From Bacteroidaceae bacterium (GTDB lineage: Bacteria; Bacteroidota; Bacteroidia; Bacteroidales; Bacteroidaceae), in assembly GCA_024401095.1 (NCBI GenBank), contig JAKSLR010000011.1, positions 13,684-77,683 on the forward strand: a stretch of DNA of 64,000 bases. The letters are read 5' to 3'. The translations under genes and the position numbers were made by a program. The notes beneath the pieces were generated by a model. It was not told where the DNA came from. It did not search any database and was given only the letters and a program-made list of their open reading frames with translations. The stretch's first letter is position 1; each line of letters opens with the position of its first letter. Shown one piece after another: positions 1-8,147 of this stretch.

Positions 1-696
1 AAAAAATGGATCCTTTGTGGCGATGATCGCCAGCTGCCTCCGATTGTACAGTCCAAGGATAACGAAAAGGAATTCTCACATTCCATTTTCGAGCATCTGC
101 TCAATCCTGATTGTACAATGTTGGATAAGAGTTTTAGAATGAGTCCGGGTATCTGCAGTCTGGTTTCACAGCTGTTTTACGATAGTAAGCTGAAATGTGG
201 TCAGACAGGAGTTGGCCATGATATTAAGGATTCTGACCCTATCTTCTCTTATAACACACCGGTTTCCTTGATTAACGTCGAGCACGATGGTGAGCAGGTG
301 TCAGATGAGGAGGCTAAAACTATTGCTGGTTGTGTAAAGGGATTTATAGAAAGAGGACTGCCAGCTTCAGAAATTGCAGTTATCAGTCCATTCCGTGCCC
401 AGGCAACCAACATACATCATGCAGTGCAAGGTGTCGGAAAAGAACTAAAGGGCGTTGTTTCAGACACTGTTGACAAGCTTCAGGGACAAGAACGTGAGGT
501 CATCATATTCAGTCTTACTACAGGCAATATGGAGTATGCCCAAGAGATGGCTGAGTTCCTTTATAATCCTCAGAAATTGAATGTGGCATTCTCACGTGCA
601 AAATTTAAATTAATAATTGTAGGTAATTTAAGTATGATCTCTGAACTAGGTGAAGAGGCTGAGGTTATCCACAAATTGATTAAAATATTAAAGTAA
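1..696 (+). CDS. SF1 (Upf1/DNA2-like, AAA_12-type) helicase, C-terminal part; 5' end truncated by the window edge
   Basis: Frame 1 is open from nt 1. Motifs seen: KKWILCGDDRQLPPIV (GDxxQLPP motif III), SFRM, TVDKLQGQEREVIIFS (motif V), NVAFSRAKFKLIIVGN (motif VI). Confidence 0.8.
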   Translation, partial: KKWILCGDDRQLPPIVQSKDNEKEFSHSIFEHLLNPDCTMLDKSFRMSPGICSLVSQLFYDSKLKCGQTGVGHDIKDSDPIFSYNTPVSLINVEHDGEQVSDEEAKTIAGCVKGFIERGLPASEIAVISPFRAQATNIHHAVQGVGKELKGVVSDTVDKLQGQEREVIIFSLTTGNMEYAQEMAEFLYNPQKLNVAFSRAKFKLIIVGNLSMISELGEEAEVIHKLIKILK

Positions 697-702
697 AATA
701 CA

Positions 703-1122
703 ATGACAGACGTAAAGAAATCAATTGTCCTCCATATGGAGGACAATATTGAACTGCAGAAGCTGGTAACAGCTCTATCTCCTATCGTTAAAGTGTTTGG
801 TTTAGAGCTGAGCATAAGGCTTGAACAGAGCTCTGAAGATGCTAACATCTTAAGAGAAACAATTATTCGAGGTACTTACAATAACTTGCAGTACAAAGAT
901 GGGAAGATTAGCTGTAATTACCTGAAAGACTGTATTGAGCACTTGGACAGTATCAACGAATCCGATTTGGTTAAAAGCATTCATTATAATAACAAGTCAG
1001 ATGAATTGACAATCCAGGTTCATAATGCAAATGATATCGGCAGATTATCAGATGCACAAACACTATTAGCATGTGTCAGAACCCTATTTACTCACGACAC
1101 TACAGTGTCATTTACAGTTTGA
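703..1122 (+). CDS. Hypothetical protein (139 aa), starts 7 nt after the helicase stop
   Basis: ORF tightly packed behind the helicase; no recognisable motif. Confidence 0.5.
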   Translation: MTDVKKSIVLHMEDNIELQKLVTALSPIVKVFGLELSIRLEQSSEDANILRETIIRGTYNNLQYKDGKISCNYLKDCIEHLDSINESDLVKSIHYNNKSDELTIQVHNANDIGRLSDAQTLLACVRTLFTHDTTVSFTV

Positions 1123-1124
1123 TT

Positions 1125-1397
1125 ATGGATTTTATTATTCTAATAAAGACAGCCCACAAAATGGAACAGAAAAGTTTTGCGCCAAAGATTAGCAGATGGC
1201 AGAGAGTCATCAAGTTGTTCTTTATGAAGACTAGAAGAATCGTGTCAGACGTGAAATATATTGGTTACAATGTAGATGCTAATATAGTATACATATCAGC
1301 GCCTACATCTTTAAAGAAGAACCCTCTAGCATACAAGCAATTAGAGGATTCCGTTAAAGAGGTTTACGGTCCTGGTGCAATACTCCATATGGATTAA
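1125..1397 (+). CDS. Hypothetical protein (91 aa; start trimmed to ATG 1125, 3 nt after the preceding TGA)
   Basis: Internal ATG at 1125 of track ORF 1071-1397 removes the overlap. Last gene before the strong terminator. Confidence 0.45.
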   Translation: MDFIILIKTAHKMEQKSFAPKISRWQRVIKLFFMKTRRIVSDVKYIGYNVDANIVYISAPTSLKKNPLAYKQLEDSVKEVYGPGAILHMD

Positions 1398-1463
1398 TTT
1401 AATTAACTAATTTATTAACTTAAAAACCAAAAAGCCTTCACATCTTGTCCAACCGTCTAGATC

Positions 1464-1500
1464 AAAAAAAAAAAGGGGAGCAACGCTCTCCTTTTTTTTC
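1464..1500. terminator. Bidirectional rho-independent terminator between convergent genes
   Basis: A-run, then GGGGAGC-AAC-GCTCTCC hairpin (7 bp, one G-T wobble), then T-run. Confidence 0.6.
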
Positions 1501-1611
1501 TTACTATAGACCGATAATGTGGTTGTTAGGATGTTATAGTCACCTACATCAGCCCTCTATCCAGAAAAGAAAAAAAGAAAAGGGCCGCCATAATCAGCGC
1601 CTTCTTTCTTT

Positions 1612-1950
1612 TCATCTATTCAGACGAGCAACCATCTTCTTGTGGTTCTTGTTTGGCGTTGAATCAAGGCATTCCACAACCTTGTCCATCTCAAATAGGA
1701 GTATTCTCCCACGCTGTATAGTAGCGAGGTCAAATACTCCTGCATTACGAAGCCTGTTAACCGTTGGTAAACTCAAGCCGAGATATTCAGCTAACTCTTT
1801 CAGGCCATGCAGGTACACAATTTCTTTCTTCTTTTTATCCACTCCCTTTGCAACAAAATAGGCATCAAGGAGTTCCAGAAACTCTCTGCAAGTCAGCATT
1901 ACTATAGGTTTAGCGAGTAGTTCCGGATTAATTTTGTTGGTTCTTTCCAT
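1612..1950 (-). CDS. Helix-turn-helix DNA-binding protein, excisionase/DUF3853-like
   Basis: 112 aa. LKELAEYLGLSLPTVNRLRNAGV is a typical HTH. This size and context are typical of Bacteroidetes mobile-element Xis-like genes. Confidence 0.55.
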   Translation of the reverse strand: MERTNKINPELLAKPIVMLTCREFLELLDAYFVAKGVDKKKKEIVYLHGLKELAEYLGLSLPTVNRLRNAGVFDLATIQRGRILLFEMDKVVECLDSTPNKNHKKMVARLNR

Positions 1951-1980
1951 CTTATTGTATTTTAACTATTTTATATGGTG

Positions 1981-1988
1981 CAAAGGTA
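1981..1988 (-). promoter_or_regulatory. Bacteroidetes -7 promoter box TAnnTTTG (TACCTTTG on minus strand)
   Basis: Exact match 31 nt upstream of ATG at 1950. Confidence 0.45.
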
Positions 1989-2024
1989 ACAGAATAGTTT
2001 TTTACAAGATAGGAAAGGTAATCA

Positions 2025-2131
2025 GGAGGTGTATCATACATGTATTGGAGGTATACATACACTACATAAGATGTGCTGATTATCAGAGTGTAAGCTGATT
2101 ATGGTATACGAAAGGTTAGTCTGGGGTATAC
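2025..2131. repeat. Cluster of short direct repeats (iteron-like)
   Basis: GGAGGTGTATCATACA (2025-2040) and GGAGGTATACATACA (2047-2061). GCTGATTAT occurs twice (2075, 2094). GGTATAC occurs three times (2050, 2103, 2125). Confidence 0.5.
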
Positions 2132-2163
2132 CAGGTGGTAAACAGGGCGGTTATTGATATATC

Positions 2164-2199
2164 CAAAATAAAAAAACCACCCACAAATATGCAGGTGGT
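2164..2199 (-). terminator. Rho-independent terminator downstream of the HNH gene
   Basis: On the minus strand, ACCACC-12 nt loop-GGTGGT is followed by a T-run. Confidence 0.55.
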
Positions 2200-2209
2200 C
2201 ATTGGTTCA

Positions 2210-3064
2210 TTATCTCATACTACCCCAAGGGTATGAGAAACTGAACTTTCCTTTATACGGCCCATACTTCTGAAGATAGAAGTCCGGTACACCCCTTATC
2301 GGATTAAGTTCCTTCAGACGCGCGTTCATGTCATCGATCTTTTGCTTTCGATAAGCATCATACTCAGCGCTATCCCCTTCTATCCACTTCAAGTTATCTG
2401 GGTTGAAGTTCTTCCAGTCATTATCTATGTGAAGGATTTCCGGGTTCTTCATGCCATGAAAGTCCCCCTGGACATAACCAGCTTCTGCCATCAGTTCATC
2501 AATATGAGGTCTATCCAGACAATGCGCTCCATATGCTGCATGAAGACATAGGTGTGGTTCTATGCAGCACATAAGATCCATATCAGCGTCTCCCATGCTG
2601 TCACAGATATCAAGCGGTTTCTTCTCATCGTTATCGTAGAAGGTCACATCATTGTTGACAGTAATAAGATGGCCTTTATAGTCAACCACCTCTGAACTCT
2701 TGGCTGAGTGATACTGATGCCTCTCCTGCCATGACAGGTTCTTGTAATTATTGTTGTCCAAGTCTCCATCCAGATGTACAAGCTCATAAGCATTTGGTGT
2801 ATCAGATGATGGTCTCGGTGGACAGAAGCAAGCTGCTACAGCTTCTGAAATGATGACCTTGAAGTTCTTGTCCCACTTTGTTGATACAACATAGGTTCTT
2901 CCCAAAAGATCCTTCTTCAATTTCAAGTCTTTCTTTCCGGCAGACCATTTTCTACTGTATTCACCAAACTTCAGTTGTCTGGCAGTCAATCCGTCTTCAG
3001 AGATGGCTATGCATCCATTATAGTAGAAGCGAAATCGTGTGTTATTTTCAATGAATTGTTTCAT
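2210..3064 (-). CDS. HNH-family (HNH_3-like) endonuclease-like protein with two HNH-like motifs
   Basis: VHLDGDLDNNNYKNLSW and LHIDNDWKNFNPDNLKW both fit the H-x-D-G/N...N-x(3-4)-NL-x-W pattern of phage HNH_3 nucleases. Confidence 0.55.
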   Translation of the reverse strand: MKQFIENNTRFRFYYNGCIAISEDGLTARQLKFGEYSRKWSAGKKDLKLKKDLLGRTYVVSTKWDKNFKVIISEAVAACFCPPRPSSDTPNAYELVHLDGDLDNNNYKNLSWQERHQYHSAKSSEVVDYKGHLITVNNDVTFYDNDEKKPLDICDSMGDADMDLMCCIEPHLCLHAAYGAHCLDRPHIDELMAEAGYVQGDFHGMKNPEILHIDNDWKNFNPDNLKWIEGDSAEYDAYRKQKIDDMNARLKELNPIRGVPDFYLQKYGPYKGKFSFSYPWGSMR

Positions 3065-3134
3065 ATATATTCTATATTTATAAGATAATAAAGTGTACGA
3101 TTTTGTGCATTTACGCTATATTAGTTGTTGTACT

Positions 3135-3255
3135 GTATTATATTATCTTTTATTATTGATTATTATATTATTATATTAAATGATATTATTACTACTATTA
3201 TTATATATATGTAATTATATATTCATAGTAATAATGATATATGTTTCTATATTTA
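3135..3255. repeat. Extremely AT-rich low-complexity tract with reiterated TATTAT/TTATTA units
   Basis: About 120 nt with only a handful of G/C, lying between the primase-like gene stop and the HNH gene start. Confidence 0.6.
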
Positions 3256-3330
3256 CGTTTTTCTGCAGAACTCCTCATCTTCCTCCGTCGATGAGAAGTG
3301 TTGTCGCTAGCTCCAACGGCAGTGAAAGGT

Positions 3331-4929
3331 TCATGAAATATTTCTTCCTTGGTAGTAATAAGAGAAATCCCTCATGGTAGGTAAAGGCAAATTCCATTTT
3401 GGAAGATCCAAATTTGGCAAATCTTCTAGGTACTCCCTCTTCCATCTTCTTATTGTGTCAATCGAAAGAGTAAGGCCATTTTGTTCCAGAATCTCCCTAT
3501 TCTGCCTTAACGATTTCCCTGTATCGTAAAGTTTCTGGAACAATTCAACCTTCTCATCCCTGTATTTCCCAGTCTCAATACCCATCTCCTGGCAATACTG
3601 ATAGGCACTTCTTCTTGAGATTCCCATATTCTCGGCATTTTCCATGACAGAAAGAGAAGAATCATATTTTTCGGCAAAATTCTGGCGATTCATATGGCCT
3701 GTAATAGTACGAATATCAGTATTACTGCAATCCTTTGTGATGAATTGTGGTCTATTGTTTCTCCAGTATTCTATATCTTTCTGACAGAACTCCCTTAGAG
3801 TATCATCATCCATAGACAAAGCTTTCCTTGTGTAAAACTGGAAGGTTTCTGGATTTAGGATGCCATCTGTGTTATCAAAGAATTTATTTGCATCAACATA
3901 CATATTGAACAATAGGGTATCTGCATCAACGTCAGGCTTCATCAGTCTCCTGAGACATGCCCTCTTGAGTAAGCGTTTTCTTCTGCGCTGTGTGTCACAG
4001 ATCTTCTCTGGATACCACCATAGTTGAAGATAGGAATCATCTGTGTACTGGTACTTTTCATCTATCCAAATCGGTCCCTCTTTACGATAGAAATAATTAT
4101 ACTTCAATGAATTATAGTGCATGAAGTCTGTATAAGAGTAGGTTTTCATTTCATAGACCAGGTTCTCAGAGAAGGTAATCTCATTCTCAACTACTGGATC
4201 TGATATTGGTATGGTATCATCTTCTATGACGATATTCTCTGTTTCACAAGGGAAATCATTCAATGAATAGATGGCATAGGAACAATATGCCTCTTTATTT
4301 CCATAAACGCCATTCATGTACTGGCTCTTCCTGCAACCACAGTCATCGCCCATGGGTTCACCTGTGTCCATGACAATCTGATTAGTGATGAACCTGGATA
4401 TCCTGACGAAATCTTCTGAACCAAGAATCTCACTGAATACGTAGACCATCCTGAACCTACGGCTAATAATACCATTCTTCTCCTTCCTGTCAGAGAAGCT
4501 CATGTAGGTACAGGTAGGTTTGATGCTGAGAACATCAAGATACTCCTTCACATCCGTATACCTAGTCAAGTCGATATCTACAAACACTGCCTGGGCTCCT
4601 GAGAAAAATGCATCAGACTTGAAACACAGTTTCATGGCACCTTTATTTGGCCCCTTCATATGCAGTGGGTATTGAAGATAACGTTTATCCTTGTATTGAA
4701 CCCAGTATTGAAGGTTTGGGTTGAAGGCAAATAAGTTACAAAAGCTGTATCCATTCAAGGCATATTGCATGAACTCATCGACAGTTACCTCATGTTCCAG
4801 AAACGCCATCTTATTCTTACCTATAGCCTTTGCACCATTCTTGGTCAAACAGGCTGTAGCATCATCCTTACTGGTATAGGCTTCTTTACTGATGTTTAAT
4901 TTGAAACGAAATTTTTTATCAATAATCAT
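3331..4929 (-). CDS. Putative replication initiation / primase-polymerase-like protein with C-terminal HTH motifs
   Basis: 532 aa. AVFVDIDLT (DxD-type motif) is followed by SFSD...RRFRMVYVF. The C-terminus has GISRRSAYQYCQEMG and GLTLSIDTIRRWKREY HTH-like segments. The function call is tentative. Confidence 0.45.
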   Translation of the reverse strand: MIIDKKFRFKLNISKEAYTSKDDATACLTKNGAKAIGKNKMAFLEHEVTVDEFMQYALNGYSFCNLFAFNPNLQYWVQYKDKRYLQYPLHMKGPNKGAMKLCFKSDAFFSGAQAVFVDIDLTRYTDVKEYLDVLSIKPTCTYMSFSDRKEKNGIISRRFRMVYVFSEILGSEDFVRISRFITNQIVMDTGEPMGDDCGCRKSQYMNGVYGNKEAYCSYAIYSLNDFPCETENIVIEDDTIPISDPVVENEITFSENLVYEMKTYSYTDFMHYNSLKYNYFYRKEGPIWIDEKYQYTDDSYLQLWWYPEKICDTQRRRKRLLKRACLRRLMKPDVDADTLLFNMYVDANKFFDNTDGILNPETFQFYTRKALSMDDDTLREFCQKDIEYWRNNRPQFITKDCSNTDIRTITGHMNRQNFAEKYDSSLSVMENAENMGISRRSAYQYCQEMGIETGKYRDEKVELFQKLYDTGKSLRQNREILEQNGLTLSIDTIRRWKREYLEDLPNLDLPKWNLPLPTMRDFSYYYQGRNIS

Positions 4930-4965
4930 AATCTCAATTTTTCTAACACCAATAAGGATTCCAGA

Positions 4966-5005
4966 TTTTTCTGGCGGCAGTATTGGGTTAATACACCCAG
5001 AAAAA
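4966..5005. promoter_or_regulatory. Nested inverted repeat in a divergent promoter region (operator-like)
   Basis: TTTTTCTGG (4966-4974) pairs with CCAGAAAAA (4997-5005), enclosing GTATT..AATAC. CGGCAG(T/G)ATT is repeated at 4975 and 5008. Confidence 0.4.
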
Positions 5006-5048
5006 TACGGCAGGATTACTACTAACCTTATAGTAAAAGATTGAAACT

Positions 5049-5399
5049 ATGGTAGATACGGATTTATTTAATATTTGGCAGAACCTTATCTTGGAGAGGG
5101 TTATGACAACAAAAACCGACGAGAAAGTAGAGAAGACAACCTATGAGAAGAAGATAGAGCAACAAGTTCAGCAACAGAACAATCGATTCGCCGGCGACCT
5201 ACTTATATTATCTTCTTATGACAAAGGCTTGGCCGAGGCCATAAAAAACAATTCGGCCTATCTCCTGAAGATAGACCTACACACTCTCTTTGATCTGCTT
5301 CCAAGGTCAAAACGCAGTAAAGATCGCTATGATTCATTGGGTAAGTATCTTTCAACAATCAACGTGAGATTGGTAATTACATCTGGCAAAGAAGCATAA
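5049..5399 (+). CDS. Hypothetical protein (116 aa; alternative start ATG 5103)
   Basis: ORF followed by a hairpin terminator; no recognisable motif. Confidence 0.5.
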   Translation: MVDTDLFNIWQNLILERVMTTKTDEKVEKTTYEKKIEQQVQQQNNRFAGDLLILSSYDKGLAEAIKNNSAYLLKIDLHTLFDLLPRSKRSKDRYDSLGKYLSTINVRLVITSGKEA

Positions 5400-5483
5400 C
5401 ATTTGTGCCAATCTTCGGCCATTAAATCAAATTGATTACTAAATTTTTATATAATACTTTTATTTTCATTTTAATATTCTGGG

Positions 5484-5520
5484 GAGGGTCCGTCGTGATG
5501 ACGTGCCCTCTCTTTTTCTT
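5484..5520 (+). terminator. Rho-independent terminator
   Basis: GAGGG(T)..CGTC/GACG..(G)CCCTC compound hairpin followed by TCTTTTTCTT. Confidence 0.5.
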
Positions 5521-5539
5521 TCTCATTAATTTAATCTAA

Positions 5540-5913
5540 TTATTTCCCACCCCCTCACAGCTGCCATATACGGTGGCTGGTTATTTTCTATTAAAATGAG
5601 TGATACAGGAATTCTGCCGTCCCAGATCCTTTCATGCCCTTATTCATAGATATAAGAGACGGAAACTGTCGTGTCTGAGCGAGGAGAGCCAGACAGAGTT
5701 TCCGAACGGTTTAGTATAGTGATCTAAACCAACTACTAGACAGACGTGTCACCGACTGGATCTTTGCTGAAGAAGCGAGAACATTCCGGGAGATGACCCT
5801 GGTCGATGATTACCTCCATCTAGAGAATGGAAGTAAACATCGGGCTTGAGTTTGTTTGGTAGTATTATTTTTTGTCCCCGTAGCATTAATTTGCTGCGGG
5901 ATTTTCTTTTCTC
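5540..5913 (+). other. Gene-free hairpin-rich segment; candidate ncRNA or cis-acting DNA element
   Basis: Hairpins at 5558-5579, 5661-5703 and 5708-5730 (perfect 7 bp). A terminator-like hairpin at 5877-5900 (9 bp) is followed by ATTTTCTTTTCTC. No credible ORF. Confidence 0.25.
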
Positions 5914-6005
5914 AACTGCTCTCACCATTAATTTCCGCGCCAGAAAATTTCCTCTTAAACCCTTATTTATAATATTGATTATTAACAAATTAAAAGATAT
6001 AGATT

Positions 6006-6224
6006 ATGAAGAAAAACAGAATTTCAGGGCTTATCATAGCCCTTATCGTATGGGGCTTTATCATTTACTGCATCAAGCAGGTCATAGAGACAGCCCAGAC
6101 AAAACAAGAAGGTCCCGCAGTTGAACCGTCTGATGAAGAGAATCAACCTGCTAATGACGAGAACATCGCCAACGCTGTAACAGGGAATGCTGAAGAGGCA
6201 GATCACCTACAGCAACAACAATAA
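6006..6224 (+). CDS. Small single-pass membrane protein with acidic tail (72 aa)
   Basis: N-terminal hydrophobic helix GLIIALIVWGFIIYCI; sits 31 nt upstream of the next gene. Confidence 0.45.
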   Translation: MKKNRISGLIIALIVWGFIIYCIKQVIETAQTKQEGPAVEPSDEENQPANDENIANAVTGNAEEADHLQQQQ

Positions 6225-6254
6225 CTATATGTTTAACCCATAAACTGAAAAGCT

Positions 6255-7226
6255 ATGGATGACAACAACCTTTCTGTTGCAGCTAGCACTGAGCTGGCGC
6301 AACAACACAGTCCGTTCATCTTGGGTAATACCAAGGAAATCGGAATTCAAGAATTAAGCGAAATGCTGACCCCAGTATTTTCAAGGGATAACGTGGAAAC
6401 TATTTCTCACGTAGAGGGCATTTCAACAGTATTAGATGCAGTGGGCACCTACTTCGATGGAGAAGACATTAACACTCCACTCGTAAGGGTGTCTCACGAA
6501 TTAAAACTGAGAAACAGATTCGGCATGGGCAAATTAGTAGAAAATCTGCGCCCAGAAGATTCTGATTCGTATTACCAGAGAATGATGGCGATGATTGAAA
6601 TCCCATCCATCTCTGCAAATATAAACGGAAGTATTTGCCACTTACAGGTTTGTCTCGTAAGAAATTATGCAGACTGCAACCTGTTAGGCAATTCAAGCCA
6701 AAAACAGCTATGGAAGCTTAGTGTGGGTTTCCTGAACACCGTCTGCGTTAATGGCCTCATTAGGTCTGAAGACGGATGTAACTTTAACATCAAGATTACC
6801 AATACAGCGGATTTGTACAAGTACACGCTGGAACTGCTGCAGCATTATGACTATAAGCAGCATCTTGATGAAATGAGAAGGCTTAATGATACCTATATTG
6901 ACTTGAGCACACTAGCCCAGTTCCTGGGACGTGCAAGAATGGTATCACAAATGCCTACTAAAATGAAGACAGAGCTGGGTATCCCGGAGTTTATTCTCCC
7001 TGAAGCCCAGATAAATCAGATGATCCGTGATTATTATACCGACGAGAATTTCGGCGGTTTCGGTAATCGGATATCTGCTTGGCAGTTCTATATGCTGCTG
7101 ACGAACTATAAAAATAACTACATTGACGTTTCTTTGGAGCGATCTGCCAATGCTTATACTGTAAGTAAGGGTATTGCTGCAGCCGTAAACCAAGAATCAG
7201 ATGAGTGGAGTTGGTTCATCAGCTAA
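6255..7226 (+). CDS. DUF932/DUF3871-like phage/plasmid protein
   Basis: 323 aa. The GFLNTVCVNGLI segment resembles the conserved C-x-N core of DUF932. Family assignment is from memory, not a search. Confidence 0.45.
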   Translation: MDDNNLSVAASTELAQQHSPFILGNTKEIGIQELSEMLTPVFSRDNVETISHVEGISTVLDAVGTYFDGEDINTPLVRVSHELKLRNRFGMGKLVENLRPEDSDSYYQRMMAMIEIPSISANINGSICHLQVCLVRNYADCNLLGNSSQKQLWKLSVGFLNTVCVNGLIRSEDGCNFNIKITNTADLYKYTLELLQHYDYKQHLDEMRRLNDTYIDLSTLAQFLGRARMVSQMPTKMKTELGIPEFILPEAQINQMIRDYYTDENFGGFGNRISAWQFYMLLTNYKNNYIDVSLERSANAYTVSKGIAAAVNQESDEWSWFIS

Positions 7227-7248
7227 GATTTGCCAAATTAACCTATCC

Positions 7249-7311
7249 AGGAGGAGGGTACACAACATTACTATTTTTTAGAAGATGTATGTGTACCCTC
7301 CTCCTTTTTTC
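7249..7311 (+). terminator. Strong rho-independent terminator
   Basis: AGGAGGAGGGTACACA (7249-7264) pairs with TGTGTACCCTCCTCCT (7290-7305), a 16-bp stem, then TTTTTTC. Confidence 0.7.
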
Positions 7312-7353
7312 TTTTAATGACAACATTATTAACACTTTAAAAATTAAACGATT

Positions 7354-8142
7354 ATGTGCAAATTTACAAAACCACAGATTCCTGCGGATGCCACCGCAGA
7401 TGAGCGTCGTTCCCTTATGTTCGATGCTATGTACAATGCAGACCTCTCTGAAGAAACAGAAAAGAAGTCTAACCTAACCTACCTCTCATGGAGTCAGGCG
7501 TGGAAGGTTTTCAAACAATTTTATCCATCCGCCACGTACAAGATTCATACAAGCCCAACAACAGGACTCCCAGTATTTGAGTCTGAGATGGGCCTTATGG
7601 TTCACACCTCTGTTGAAGCAGATGGTATCACCTATGAAGACTGGCTATGTGTCATGGACTATTCAAATCGTGCCATGAAATCATTCCCTTACACTGTACA
7701 AGTGTATGATAAACAGAGCAAACAGTATGTTGAAAAGCGTGTTGAAGCCGCTACAACATTTGATATTGGCTCGGCTATTCAACGCTCTACCGTAAAGTGC
7801 ATGGCAAGACATGGTTTAGGCCTCTACATCTACAATGGTTTCGACCACATCAGTGAAGATGGAGAGCCACAGATGCAACAGACCGTTAACAAAAATGGTT
7901 ATCAGCAGAAAAGCAATGGCAGCTATCAGCGCCAGCAAGCACAACCAAAACAGCAGAACAATCGTCCTGCACAGGTTGCACCAGATGCTTATGCAGCACT
8001 GAAAGCAGCTATCAACGCAACGACCGATATTGCATCATTGATCTCGTTATACCTGGATAACACCCAGACGATTGAGAGTAATCCTGAGTTGAAAAACCTT
8101 CTGACTAGCAGAAAGAAGGCATTACAAACCCTTAATTCATAA
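7354..8142 (+). CDS. Rad52-like single-strand annealing protein (Sak/DUF1071-type)
   Basis: NLTYLSWSQAWKVFKQFYP and KCMARHGLGLYIYNG match hallmark segments of Rad52/Sak-family annealases. The Q-rich C-terminal tail is also typical. Confidence 0.65.
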   Translation: MCKFTKPQIPADATADERRSLMFDAMYNADLSEETEKKSNLTYLSWSQAWKVFKQFYPSATYKIHTSPTTGLPVFESEMGLMVHTSVEADGITYEDWLCVMDYSNRAMKSFPYTVQVYDKQSKQYVEKRVEAATTFDIGSAIQRSTVKCMARHGLGLYIYNGFDHISEDGEPQMQQTVNKNGYQQKSNGSYQRQQAQPKQQNNRPAQVAPDAYAALKAAINATTDIASLISLYLDNTQTIESNPELKNLLTSRKKALQTLNS

Positions 8143-8147
8143 GTACT

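Noticed and set aside
1445-1861. 138-aa plus-strand ORF
   Set aside because: It starts inside the bidirectional terminator and runs antisense to the well-formed HTH gene (1612-1950). The product is low-complexity and basic, which marks it as a shadow ORF.
3180-3380. 66-aa plus-strand ORF
   Set aside because: It is a translation of the (TATTAT)n AT-rich tract (an ILLLLLLYICNYIFIVIM-type product), and its 3' end overlaps the end of the primase-like gene.
5749-6124. 79-aa (minus) and 92-aa (plus) ORFs in the long intergenic segment
   Set aside because: They cross the terminator-like hairpin at 5877-5900 and overlap the better-supported small membrane protein gene at 6006. Their composition and position argue against coding.
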